A DNA stretch of 64,000 bases from Chrysomallon squamiferum (GCA_012295275.1 CM022669.1:992001-1056000); one strand, 5' to 3'. Shown: positions 14,019 through 28,270, numbered from the stretch's first letter. Notes: generated by a model not told the origin, from the sequence alone. Made by a program: numbers and translations.

Positions 14019-17000
14019 TTTCATGAGAGTTGTTGGCAGATCTAGAACACAGTGTACACAGATCTTTGTTATTCAGTAAATATCTTAGAGAAAAACTGTA
14101 TTTCTTCATTTTTACTAATCAAGTTAAGTAAAGGAGGTTATAAAAATACTGCTGGCGTGTTATGTGTAGGACACATTAAACCACTTCTGTTGAAAAGTGA
14201 TGACAACTTTTCAGTCTTTTGTATCAGTTTCAGAATAAAACAGCAATCCAGCCTAGAGAACCAGATACTGTGTAAGAAAACCAGTCAATGCCATCTTCAC
14301 ATAAATGTCATAGGAAATGTACTTGCAGAACAAAAGAGTTCTTTCTGGTGATATCATAACCCATGTCTACTACTTCAGAAACTCATATCTGGGGAATGGA
14401 AACACACACCGTCCCTGGTTACCCACCCCAGTGAATCTAAGCAGTCCTAACAGCATGGAAGTGTGTTTTTTGGACATGTAGCTGAAGTGAATATCAAACT
14501 GAATCACCTCTGCCCATCTACTCTGGGTCCTATCACATAAACAGTGTTTTATCACAGCCGACTAGCCTGTCAACAGCAGACGCCAGTCAATTATTGTATT
14601 ACCAGAGGAACATAATCATTTTCCACCAAATTTGATATCTTCAAAAGATTATTATAGGTGTTATTTTTGAGAGCAGACATTATAACTGTCAGAGCGGCTG
14701 ATCATTTATTGTTAGTAATAAATATGGATGAAGGAAACAGAAGTAAATTAGTGGATTTCTGCTCACTTTCATGGCAGACTCGGGACTGAACTAGGACAAA
14801 ATGTCGTCTTCTCGCAGTAATTTTATCTTAGCTTTAAACAAAATGCATTAATAACAAAATCAATAAGAACAAGTCACAATTTTGATAAATATATCAAATG
14901 ATTTGAATTAAAAACAGCTGTACACTGATAAGTATTAGAAATTTATGTGGAGATGATGACAATAGTTATGATGATGATTATGAAAATAGCCAGCTGCCTA
15001 GGGAATAGAAAAAAAATATTCTTAAATTGAATTTAAGTTGTTATTGAAGTAGCGGTAGTTGTTGTTGTTATTTTTATTTTGTTGACTGTCAGAAATACAT
15101 CAGAAATAAAAAGTTTGAATAAAATTGCCAAAAAAAGTTATTAAAATGTATTTAAAAAATTATTACTGTATTAGTAGTTAATGTTATGTTTAACTGATTT
15201 ACTGTTTTAATTTTTTATATTATTATTAACAGTAGTAGTAGTTGTTGTAATGGCAGTAGTAGTGGTATTAGTATTAGTATAAGTATTATTGATTTGGTTG
15301 GCTTCACCAATAAAAATACAGAACTAAATTGCAACAAATGAAAACAACAGCATATGTTTTTCCTTACACACCTAAAGCAAAAAAAACTAAGAAGAAGAAG
15401 AAAAGGAAATAACAACAACAATGATAATATTAACAATAATCTTTAAGAGAACAGTCAATTTTTTTTTAATAGTATGAAATGTAAAATATGGATTAACTCA
15501 AACTTACTTTAAAACCTAAATAACAGAAAGTTTAGAGATTAATACAGAGTTTAGTCAGACTTAATACGTTTAAGAAAGAATTTGATTAACATAAAATTTT
15601 TTATACAGGCACTTTTAAGAGGAAACAAATTTAAGATAATTTTTGTTAAATACTCAATTTTTAATAATGAAGGGTCATTTTTGATAATGTAGAGACAAGT
15701 TTTGATAATGTAGAGACAGTTTTAATAATGATTTGTGAATATTTGATAATACAGGGACTATTCTAGTAATTATAGAGAGACATGCAACAGACAACAATGA
15801 AGAAATCTTTCTGCAGAGACAATCATGCTCTGCAAACACATAACAGTGATTAAATTCTGCCTGTTACACAATTCTTCAGTTCTAACCACTGGGCTGTTCT
15901 TCCTTTCATTTCTTTAAAATCTCTGGTTTCAATGATGACAAAAAGCATTTGAGAAAAGACTCTGCAGCAGCAATTAAACAGCAGCCATTTTGTTGTCAAA
16001 CGACTACCAGTAACCTTAATCATGCTGAAGTGATTAGGCAGGCATCAAGAAAACAGCCATTTTATTTGCATATTATGTTAAATGACACAGCCACTCTTTA
16101 GAAATGACTGACAAAAGTAGTCGGAACAGGTCACTCCCTGCACAGAATGGGCATAATATCAATTGCAGGCTGTTTGTCTATTATCGTAAAGAATTGCAAT
16201 TTTCTTTACATTCCTCCGCTAATATTGAAACCGTTGAAAAAAAGCACGATGAGCTGAAAATGGACATAACTCAAACGAGACACAGCTCAAAGACGGGATG
16301 TTTGTCACGTGTAATAAATTGGGCATAATTTGAATTGGCAACTATTTGTCATTGAGATGAAGATTTCCCTGCTGTCATTTTTGATGATGTGAAAAGATCC
16401 CATCTACAACATCAGCCGTCACGGGAAGGGGAGATCATTACACCAACATTACAAGTACGATGCTAATGAGATATGTCATTATCCGCTAGTGGTGTTCATT
16501 TCCTTTGACACAGCACAAACAGTTCCACTGGCCACTGTTTAGACTGGTTACACAGAAAAACAGCTACAAGAAAAATGCATATTTCACTTCCACACTCACC
16601 CAAAATGGTTTGTGCATAATCTGTCAAACAGCCATGATTCATGTTCCACTGATTGTTTGGCAACTGTGAATAAATAATTTTATCTACATGAATAAAACTA
16701 CTTGTGCAAACACAGTGTGACAGAAATAAAAAAACAAACAAACACTGCTTCAACTTTCTTGACACAAATTGATCTATATCTTTTCTTCCTACATTTTTTT
16801 TTTTAAACTTTTTTTTTTTTCACACTCTTTGGTTTTTGAAGGAACTGACTGAAGTGTTAAAAACGTGGTAAAATGGAACTTGCCACTTTTAGAGATTTGT
16901 ACAAATCTACAAAGAAAATCGGGCATGAGAAGTTGGTATCAGGGGTAAACATCTGAGACATATTTCAATGTCTCGTTCAAATTAATCTTGTCTTGTGTTC

Positions 17001-19564
17001 AGTCTCTGCTTGTTTGTGAACATTGTAATCTATTCAGCAGGGACCAATGTCAGAACGGAAAAGAAGCCAATTTAGCCAGGACAACCAATTGATTGACAAT
17101 GTTACATTTTGCGTGCACAGACTCTGCACAAGTTTGCACTGATAAAGTTATGCTATCATCTAATTAGAGCACATTCACAGACCAGTGAAGGGAAGAAACA
17201 GACCTCCCCAGGATTTTGGCCCACTTATTAACAACAAGAAAGTAAATTAGGAAGCAGAAATGAGCATTGGAAATAAATTACATTGACAGAAATTACCAGA
17301 GGAGATAGCCACCTCACTGACTAGTCTACAGAACACTGGAGGAAAAAACAACTTATTAACAACGAGAACGTTTTCAGAGTCTGTTATCTGATTATCTGCA
17401 TTCATATTCTACAAACTGTGAAGACTACCTCAATTTAAACATTTATAAGACTTTTGAAATATATTCATTCAGATTGGTTTACTGCATTTTCTCAGAAAAA
17501 AATAATAATTAACATTTCAAATCCTTCATTTTAAATGTGTTTTTTTATTTATTTCATAAACTACCATAATAAATAATTTGTCATCTCACTGCACATACAT
17601 ATTAATATATCCTATTAATTTTCATTATTTGTTTTTTTCTTATTTATTTAATTTTATTTTTAGTTTTTTTGGTTTCTTTTTTGTTTTTTGTAAATATATG
17701 TATACTGATATGATTCGTACTTTGATATCTTGAACTGAAATATCAAACCGAAGAGTCTGTGTACAATTACAAATTAAATTCTGTGGTTTAGATTAGAAAT
17801 GAGCATTATGCTTTTTGATCACAGTATACAGCTACCATGCATCATTGACCAAACACGTCGTCCCAAGATAGGAAAAAGGAGAAATTATGACAGATCGTAG
17901 AACTGAAAAATTGTGTGGGTGAAATGCCATTGATATTTCACTGCAATAAATGACAATCGAGCAATTAATTAGTGCTACACAGAAGCAGAGATGGCATGAA
18001 GGTTTATTGCCATTCACAGTTAATTAGTTGGTGGCTGATGGTCTGCCCTACATACTTAATGAAACACAGAGAGACAGAGAGACGTCCCATTAATAAAACA
18101 CATCAGTCATGGCTTCAAGTGGTCACATACACAACAGTGCAGGAAGAGGATGCAGAACGTGAGGTAGAAAAATGCAAAATAAATGTAGATATCATAATAA
18201 AAATAAATGTAGATATCATAATAAAAATAAATTTATTGTCATATTAAAAACTTTGTTTTATTTTAATTTTCTTTTGTTGTTGTTTTTTTCCTCTAATGCA
18301 TTCAATGTATTTTTGGTTTTGAGGATAATATCACTTTTCATTCTTTTTATTTTTGTATACTTCTTTTTAAATAAAAATAAAAACAGACATTTAAAAGAGA
18401 ACAAGACTTGGTTTTATTACTTTGTTTCGGAAGATTTTGTTCCCTTACCTCTCTGAGATAATTAACAAAGTCAGTAGACACATTATCATTTAGCAGAACA
18501 AGATTCTTCTCTACCATATGTGACATTTAGCTGAATTAATCCACCAGTATGGCACTGTCAATGTCTGCAGGGAAATGCCTGTAACCACGGTTACTAACCT
18601 AACTTGTTAAGTCAAATGATTCAGTCATTCCAGAGTTAATTTCACCAATAAATATCATATCACAAACAATACAGGTCAGGCCACATGGGGGACAAACAGC
18701 AAGGGGGAAATGGGGAGTATGGAGAGTTAAGATAGTCTAATAACAATTATAGTTTGAAAATTAAATAACTGGTTAATGTCAAACCAACAGAGAAATAGGA
18801 CGTCAATTTGATGTATGTAACAGGAATAGTTTTCAAACAGAGAAAAATACCCTATTTCTAGTTCCAACATGGGTTACTGAACTCGTATGAAAGGTTGTGG
18901 AATGTGCATTCCTGTCTGTATTTATATACAAGATATTAATTAAGAGCTGTAGCTGGTAAATTGGAAGCAGTGGATTATCGTTAGAGAACAAAATAAAACT
19001 ATGAATGTCCCTGATAGGACAAGATTTAGGTATTGTAGTAACTGGCAGGTCACAAGACAGGAAGTTGGTGAACTGTTTACAACTAACGGTGTCTGGTGTT
19101 GTGATTTTTGGCAAACTGTCTTTACCAGCCAAGTCCAGATGTGAGGAGATGGCCAGCTGTGTGCGCCGATGTTCTAGGAGCAGATCAGCAGCTGACACAG
19201 GGAGAGGGCTCCAGACAGGAAGAAGAGGTGATTAGTAACAAGCTGACTTGTGGATGAGAGGAGACAAAGAAAGTGGATTAGCCGGCTCGAAGCTATCAGG
19301 ATTAGTGTTTAGATCAGACTGGTTGTTAATAGTAGTAAGAATGATAAAATAATAATATTAAATTTTATTTACTTAGTTTTCTCCAATTTTCTTTTGTTTT
19401 TAGTTTGCTACTATCATATTTGAATTTCTTAAACAGATTTATTTTTACTGGGTTTTTTACAGTGTGTTTTATTTTCTTATTTAGTTATATATTTATAAAC
19501 ATATTTATTTATTTACCAATCAATATATTATTTTATCTAATTTATTATTACTATCTCTGTATGT

Positions 19565-19870
19565 CTTTGTGTGTGCTAGTGTGTGTGTGTGTGTGTTGGA
19601 CATGTGTGCAGGTGTGAGTGTGTAAGTGTTTGTGCAATTGTATATGTGTGTATGTGTATAGGCCCATATATGTGAGTTCTGTGTGTATGAGTGTCTGTAT
19701 GTGTGTGTGTGTGTGTCTTTATATGTGTGTATGTGTGTGTGAATGTAAGTATGTTTGAGAGAGAAGGAGTGTGTGTGTGTATGTATGTGTTTATGTGTGT
19801 GTGAATGTAAGTATGTTTGAGAGAGGAGTGTGTATGCGTATGTGTGTGTATGTGTGTGTGTGTGTATGTG

Positions 19871-19915
<45 letters not shown>

Positions 19916-19985
19916 TTATGTGTGTGTGAATGTAAGTATGTTTGAGAGAGGAGTGTGTATGTGTGTATGTATGTGTGTGTGTGTC

Positions 19986-20016
<31 letters not shown>

Positions 20017-20056
20017 GTGTGTGTGTGTCTGTATGTATATATGTGTGTGTGTGTGC
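19565..20056. repeat. TG-rich microsatellite with an embedded higher-order unit (gtgaatgtaagtatgtttgagagaggag, 3 copies)
   Basis: Directly visible. Confidence 0.92.
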
Positions 20057-21124
20057 TGTAGCAGGAAGTGGCAGTCAAGTTGTGTTAGAGTAGCAGGAAG
20101 ACAGGTGAAGAGGATAATCTGAGTGAAGAAAAAACACATACTTTACAAACATGAGAGAAACAGCTGTGAAAGAACATCTGGGCCAGATTAGACAGACAAC
20201 AAGCATCCTGCGACATCCACATTTACCTAATTTGGTGAACTTGTCCTTTACAGACTGAGCTAGTTAAAAGATGTGTGTGTGTGTGGGTGTGTGTATCTGT
20301 GCATTCATGAATGCTGTGTGTGGAATGTATTTAAAATATTAATAACTAAAATAATTCAGAAATGTCTAAAATTTAGGTAAATACATTTTACATATATTTA
20401 TAGCATTCAATTTAAATTATAGGTAATAAATAAAAAAACAGATAAAAATTTCTAATTCTGTTATGCCAGCTGTTAGAAATAACCAGTGACAACAACTGCC
20501 AGTCTGAATTACTTCTGTTTGGTGAAATTAAAATCTTCTTTTCCAAAAAATCAACAGTTACAAGTTTTCTTCTTTCTTTTCTTTTTTTTTCTACTGTTTT
20601 ATTTTTTTATTTATTTTTTTGTTTTTCAGATTTTTTCTTTCCTTATTTATTAACTTTTTTTTATTACTTATTGATTTGCTGGCTGAGTCATTGTTTCAGT
20701 CATTCTGATTCATTGTAAATTGTAAAGAGTTTTCTCATATTTATGTCATCATCATCATAAAAAAAAAAAATGTTGTTGTTTATACTTCTTTTAAAAAATA
20801 TAAATATAAAATGACTGAAACATTTCTTACTGATTAAGAAAATTCAGCAAATAAGGCCAGGAAACCATTTCATTTATAGCAAATAAACAAGTAAATTTTG
20901 TTTTTCCCTTCTGAATCACAACACAACTGTCAAAGGAATTTTACTAAAAGTTAGCAGAATCCTGCTGCTATAATGACAGAGTTATGTATTTACAAATAAT
21001 AAAGTTGATTTGCAGGGTGAAACTTAGAATTGCCTGGAAGTACAGGAGGTAAAAACAGCTGTGCCTTACATTTATCTTGTTGAGTGAGAGAGGATGGCAG
21101 GAGAAGAACTCAGATGTGGGCTTT

Positions 21125-21870
21125 TAACACAGGACAGTGTTACCTGGCACTCTGCCATCTTTAACAGTCACACGCTGAACTTGGGGAGGGTGCAGCATGG
21201 TGTTTAAAGAAATGAAGATTTTTTAATACAGTACAAAACAGATATCTGACAGGAAGGAACTAGTGGAGGGTGCAGAGTTGGGGGTTTAAAGAATTAAATG
21301 TTTTTAACACAGTACAGTGCAGATATCTGAGGTGCTGGTGGAAGGTGCACTTTAAAGAAATGAGGATGTAACACAACACAGGACACTGTTGCCTGGCTCT
21401 GAGCCAGTTCAACAATCACACAGCACACACAGCTCCTGCGAGTGGGCTTTAAAGAGATGAAGAGATTTAAAAGAGCAGAGAACACAGGTAACTAGAAAAA
21501 CGCCATCTTTAACGATCATACAGACAGCACCTAGCAGGGAGGAAATGGGGGAAGATTAAAGTGGGGTGTAGGAATTTTATCAAAAAGAACAGACATTTTC
21601 AAAAGTGAACAGGACAGAGAAAGCTGGCAGTGAGCCACACTGAGCAAGATGCTGAAGCTGAGGGAGGGGCAAGTGCTGTGAGAGACAAGACAAAATAGGA
21701 CAGTGTTACCTGGCACGTATCCATCTTTACCTCACAACACATGCTTCACGTGGTGGGGGGAGGCTCTCTGAGACCACAAAGCAGAAACACAGATGGAGAG
21801 TTTTAAGACGGAACATGACAGTGTTACCTGGCAGTGTGCCATTTTTAAAATAATTCACTGCAGCACTGAC
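21125..21870. repeat. Old degenerate tandem repeat with conserved core GACAGTGTTACCTGGCA-N4-5-(G)CCATCTTTA
   Basis: Core copies at ~21131, 21380, 21481 (degenerate), 21697 and 21815. Confidence 0.75.
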
Positions 21871-22849
21871 AGGAATGGTGCAAATGATGGTAAGAATGAA
21901 ATCTTCAGAGTTTTGTTTCTCTTCTCCCTGTTAGAGTCATTTGACTGACACAAGTAAAACATTCCAGTGACGTCTGTTAACAAGAATTCTTAGTCTTAGG
22001 TAAAATCAACCACAGTCGAGATATATAACAAAGAATAATAATATCACCTCATCCTAGAAGTAAAATAACATAAATACCATCACAGAAAATAACATACAAT
22101 ACTTACTGATAACAATATTATTAGCAACAAAAGTAGATATAAAAATAAGATTTCAAATTTGTAAAAAATAAAAAAAAAATAAAAAATATATATAAAATGA
22201 TAATAAATAAACAGATTTTTAGAAAAAATGTTACAGTTGTGTTGTTAAATGTGCAAACAGTATTAGTAATTACACAGTCAGTAAAATAATATTTAAATCA
22301 AACTTTTTAAATCAAGCATAAGTTTGTAAATTAACATTTTTTTTAATTTTACACTTAATATATCACAGTATTAACTTTCATAAATAAATAAAAATGTGTA
22401 AATAAATAAAACAAATAAAAAATTAAATAATGATTTATGTCTGATAAAATGTTTATAAAAACTAAATGACACAGTTATCTGACACAAACTCTGATATTTT
22501 CTGACTTCCTCTCACTCTTTTAACAGGTTCTTGGTGGGTTTTTTTTTATCATTAACAATCAACACAGACTTTCATAAATTGGAAACAAAAACACGAATAA
22601 AAAAAATAAAAATAAAAAAAAGTTTAAAACTTTCTTCCAAGTTTTGCTGGCTAATAAGTACAGGAGAAAATGAATGACACGTGGATGGAGCACAGTGAGT
22701 ACTGCAGATCCCTGTAAATCAGTGGAGGGTGTTAACAATTACCTCAGATTACCTAACACTTCTCTCCAGGACAAGCAGCAATTATAATTACAACAGTGAA
22801 CTCTGACTGGCAGACAGTCACACTTTAACAAAGAAACACACAGATCAAG

Positions 22850-23075
22850 GGATGGATGGTTGGCAAGAGATTCTGAGATGACTGATAGAGTAGATATGTA
22901 CAGATGGGTGGGTGGTGGATGTATCGGTGGGTGAAAAGGTGGGTGGTGGATGAAATGTTTAGGTGGGTGGTGGATGTATGGGTGGATGAAAAGATGGGTG
23001 GTGGATGTTATAGGTGGGTGGTGGATGTTTAGGTGGGTGGCTGGATGGATGACAAGGTGGGTGGGTGATGGATTC
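22850..23075. repeat. Degenerate GGAT/GGGT (GGTGGAT) repeat
   Basis: Directly visible; source of the His/Pro-rich pseudo-ORF. Confidence 0.88.
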
Positions 23076-23513
23076 ATATATACATAAATGGTCTTCCAGT
23101 GGCTAAGACAGAAATAAAATGACAGAATTAAAATCAAGTATATGATCCAAGAGATTACCATATACAGCATTAAGTCTTTAGTTAATAATAACTATACTAC
23201 TATATAATGAAGAGAAAATAAATAAAATCTCAACTGATACACTGTGTCAGTCATACTCCTTTGTTTCAAAATGTTTGACTAATCCTGAGGAGGCAAAATT
23301 TGCTATGTAATTTGTTTGTAACAAATCATACCTTTTTTTTTCTTTTTTTTCGACTTGTTTTTTTTAATAATTTTATTTATTATTATTATTATTATATTAT
23401 TATTTTTTTCTTTTTTTTAGCTTGTAAAATATAACTACTACTTCTTTTTGAGCTTCTTATTGTTGTTATTTTTAAATGTATTTTTTCTTGTTATCATTAT
23501 ATTAATATAAACA

Positions 23514-23555
<42 letters not shown>

Positions 23556-23807
23556 CTTGAAGTGTGCTTTGGTGTCTGAACAAAGTTGCTGTACATTACT
23601 TTGTACTGTAAACATGATAAATATTCTAATTATCGTTCATCAAAATACCTACACCTATATTCATGAGTTACCAAATGTCATTACATACTAATACACTCAA
23701 AAATACACAAACACCTACACACATACTCATACACTCATTTTGCAGTTAATATAGCACAGTTAATTATTAACTTTCATAAGTAAATACAAATATGTAAATA
23801 GATAAAC

Positions 23808-23841
<34 letters not shown>

Positions 23842-24174
23842 GCCACACACACAGAAACACTTCTATTCACACATACACACTAGCACACACCCAGAAACAT
23901 TTAATTTCTTCACTGACATACATCACTCAAACACACCAAATCTTTGCAGTATATCAGAAGTGCAAGAGAAAGTATATCCAACTGCAGAGTATGTTTTTGG
24001 AAGATATAAAAAAAAGGAAAGTTTACTACATTTAAAAGTGTTCTTGTACAAAAGCAGATACATCACAGACAACACAACATTTTTTCTAAACTAAAAATAC
24101 AAAGGTTCATTTGCTGAACAAAGTTTGAAAGTAAAAACATCTAAACTAAACATATTATTTTAAAGAGTACTCAC

Positions 24175-24277
24175 CGTGAGCGACCCACCCATGCTTGCAG
24201 GTTTCACAGTAGCGCAGGCAGGGTTTTCCTGGGGAGAAGCATTCACAGGGGCAGTTGGGTTGGGTACAGCGGATTGC
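24175..24277 (-). CDS. BNC2: Basonuclin coding exon, 103 bp, phase 0 to phase 1: [34 protein letters not shown](A)
   Basis: Acceptor tttgtctttcAG at 24279-24278 and donor GTgagt at 24174. The Cys-rich [25 protein letters not shown] motif is characteristic of the basonuclin N-terminus. The intron to the next exon is 1009-24174. Confidence 0.95.
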
Positions 24278-26059
24278 CTGAAAGACAAATGAAGGATTCA
24301 CAGAAAAACGTTTGACAATGTCACAGAAGTTTGTTACACGGGCAGCCGAGTCCACTGGTCTCTGTGACACGTGTTTGTCACGCGAGTAGTGGACGATGTC
24401 ATTCTGACACAGCGTGGGGTGGTAGGTGTCTCGGTGCTGTGGTGTAGAAAACACTTCATGGTTTTGAATTATTCCAAGTTGTCGGACATTTTCTTGTATC
24501 ACTTCACTCAAAGTTGGTCGAGTTTTGCGGAAAACTTTGTGAAATTCCGACAGGTGCTGGCTGGTTGACACTCTTAAGTCCATTGTCACATAACAATGTC
24601 ACAAAAACATTTATTACTTCAGTTCTTAAGCATTTAAGTACAAAAACTATAGATATATATATAATCACCAATTTTGTTAGATTCTAACATTTCAGTTTAT
24701 ATTTCTATTCTTAGACATATTAACTATGGTTTAGAAAAAAAAAAAAAAAAAAAAGGATAAGGAATCATTAGTTAAATTTCTTAATATGTTAACATAAAAA
24801 TATCATTATAAAATAAAATCATTTTTTAAAGTACTTGACAAAAATATCATTTTTTTTTATTTGTCTTCATGACTAAAAAAGCAACAAAACAAAACAAAAA
24901 TTTAGTTGTTATTTTGGTTAATATATCTTCCCTTCACACTTCATAATTAAAAATAATTAGGATGCTTCCTTTATGGCACTTTAATCCTTTGTAAAAATGA
25001 ATCTTGACAAGTTATAATTGTTACTGGTTGTGCAGGTAGGTCTAAACACCTTCAGTACAACAATGTGCACAGTTATTCCAAAAATGCAAGGTACGGCAGT
25101 GACAGATGCTGTACATTATAATGTTGGGAAGACTGCAAACAAAGTCAGTGCAGAGATCCCTTACTTGGCTCCAGCAGAGAGAAAAAACTTATGACTGTAT
25201 TGTGGAAGAAGAACGAGCAAGTGTAAAGCAAATGAATGAGTGTGAAACTTGACAAGCATGTTAAATACATAATTTCATTTCTCCTCATTATTGATGAGGT
25301 ATTGCTATTCCTGTTTTTTCTTTTTGCTTTGTCGACTGTATGCAGGGCTCTCTTGTTGAATTATTATTATGTTTAGATGGAAGCAGCACATGCATTGGAG
25401 GGCTGTATCAGCGGGAGGGACAAACCACAGAAGAGAATGCCATTCAGTGGCAGAGAAGTGTAATGGCCACTGGATCATCAATCAGGCCTTATGTAATAAA
25501 TCAAAATATGCCACATTTACACGACTGATAGAACACTCACTTATTGTTTACTTGTACAGTTATTGGAAATTTTGTTATTAAAATATTGAAGAAGCAGAAT
25601 AATGGCTGACACAGGAGTTAAGAAAATAAATCTAAAATTCTTAGATGAATAATGCTTATCACAAATAACTTCTTGGAAATGTTTTTTTGTTATTATTTTT
25701 TTTATAGGTTTTAAAATGTAAAAAAAAAAAAAAAAAAAAGAAGAAAGAAATCAGTTTGAATTAAGCTGTTCGACAAACACTGTTTTTAAACTAATTTTTG
25801 CAACACAAAGTTAAACATTCACTATTCTGACTGGTAGATGGTGGGATCACACCCAAGTGTTTCCTTCTGCTGTGAATCTAACTACTATCTGTTTCGTTTA
25901 TATGAATATTTATTGGTTTGAATTTTTGAAAAGTTGTACATAAGGTTTACACAGTTGTTTTAAACTAAATGAACAGAATAAAAAAAAATATAATAATAAT
26001 AAAAAATAAAAAATAAATTTAAAAACAGAAGTTAGTGAAAGTTAAATATAGAAATATAT

Positions 26060-26092
<33 letters not shown>

Positions 26093-28223
26093 ATTCATTA
26101 TTGTTGTTGTTGTTTAGAAGAAAACTTAATGAACTAATATTATTTATAATTAATAATTATCACTGAACTTTTTTCCCTTTCAATGAGTCATTTTTTGTTT
26201 TAAAATGTTTCTCATGTTCCTGAACCCTCACAGAGAGACAGTGTTTTTAATATCACTTATCATCTGTGATACTCACAGAAATATTTTAAACCCATTGCAC
26301 GAACCTCTGTGTATTGTTCAACTTAACTGAATCAGCATTATGTAACCAAAGATATCATTTTATTATAAATATAAGTGAATGTGAATGTCCATATGACAAT
26401 CAGAAATACAAACGCAGTCTGACAGAGTGAGAAACAGAGAGAGAAAGAGAGAGAGGGGGAGAATGGTGCAAAAAAAAAATCAAACATTACAACAATCTTT
26501 TATAAACATTACTCCCTTGCCTCCTGAAAATATTTCCAGTAAAGATTTTTATGGCCCAGGATCCTGCAGGGTTCTTAATACCCTTCAGAAAGATTCTATC
26601 AGAGAGCCACTGACCCATAGCATGGAAGCAAGAAACCAACAGATATATGATACCTATATAAGATGCTTTATGTAAGAAGTGACAACAAATGACCTATTTA
26701 ATTTGTAACCAGAGCTGACTGTTTTTTCAGTATGAACACATGTTGGAGGTTGTTGCAGATAGAGAGAATGTCATCATCAATAGTGAAATAGGTTAATTTA
26801 GCATGAACAAGATAAAAAGGAGGGGGGGGGGGTAAAGAGAGTGCATGTTTGTCAATAAAACTGCAGATTTTGCATGATGTTCTTGAATCATGAAAGAGTT
26901 GAATACAAAGACGTATTCCTTAAAATGTGGGATATGGTGATAATAACTAATATTTAAAAATGGGAAGGAACCAAAGAGAGGCACAAACTATATAAAAAAT
27001 ATTTCTTTTTTAAAAGTTTATTTTATTATTTTTTTAATTTCAGAGATTCTTGGATTTTCGTACATGGTAACTCATTTTTTATTAATAACATTTTTGAAAC
27101 AAGAACAGTTATATAATTATGACCACATTGATAAGGACAATATTAATAAACAATTCATATGCTGATATAAATAATCACTAATATTTATAAAAATAGCCAA
27201 CAATTTTTGAAAATTCCAATACTGTTACCATAAATAAATAAATAAATAACATTAGCAAATAATGGCATGTAACTTTATGATTAATAAAGTTAAGATAACA
27301 GTACAAATTCAGTTTTAATCTGCTGTGATCAATTGATCTGATTTTCCTGTCACTGCTGGAAAAATCACAGGCTGACAAGATTGGAATTAGCTGAAACCAG
27401 AAGATGAAGCAGAAATCGACTCAGATGAGAATTATCAGATTAGCTAAGATGTTTTGTCAATGATGTGACTGTATCACAGTAAAGCTAAATGGAGAGAAAA
27501 GTCATTTATGTACGATGTCATTTGCCCCGGCTGTAGCCCACGTTTCCCCATCTCAGTAATTGGATGCTCTCTGTTGGAAATATACCAAAAGGACACACAA
27601 GTCACCAGTTGATGCCGCAAACAATACCACATCATTCCCATCACTCCCATCGGCTTGATGAGCCCAGGTCATCAGAAAGACACTTAGTGGCCAAGCTGAT
27701 TACAATTTTGTCATAATTGACAAACTTTGAGTATGAAATTGTCAGCCAAGTTTTATACTCCATTCCAAGTTGGTTTGTGAGTTTGCTTTCAGCCATCAAC
27801 ACAAAAATTAACTAACTTGCATCCTATGAATCAAACATGGCCATAACTGAATATATATAATTTGTTTTGAAAATACAAAATGTACAGTATAAAACCTGAA
27901 TATTATTCCTAATTCTGTTACAGTCAGATATGTTAGTGAAGCAAAAAGTATCTATATATAAAATATTTAAGAAAAATATATATATCTGTACTCATTAGAT
28001 TCAAAGAAAGAAAAAATGCAGAATGATTACTGGTAGAAATTTAGATGGAAATAAATTTGCAAGGAGAAAGGATAAAGCACAATAATTAAGCAAGTTAATA
28101 TTTCTTTTTTCTTTTAATTTCAATTTACATTATACTGAAATAGTAGTTATATTATTAACAAATTACAAAATAATTTTTAAAATATTTTAAATCTATCTAT
28201 TATTAAAAAAGGAGGTTTTTCTA

Positions 28224-28270
<47 letters not shown>

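Noticed and set aside
18833-19235. Overlapping 121-aa and 76-aa ORFs
   Set aside because: No domain similarity, and the two basonuclin exons on either side join without an extra exon.
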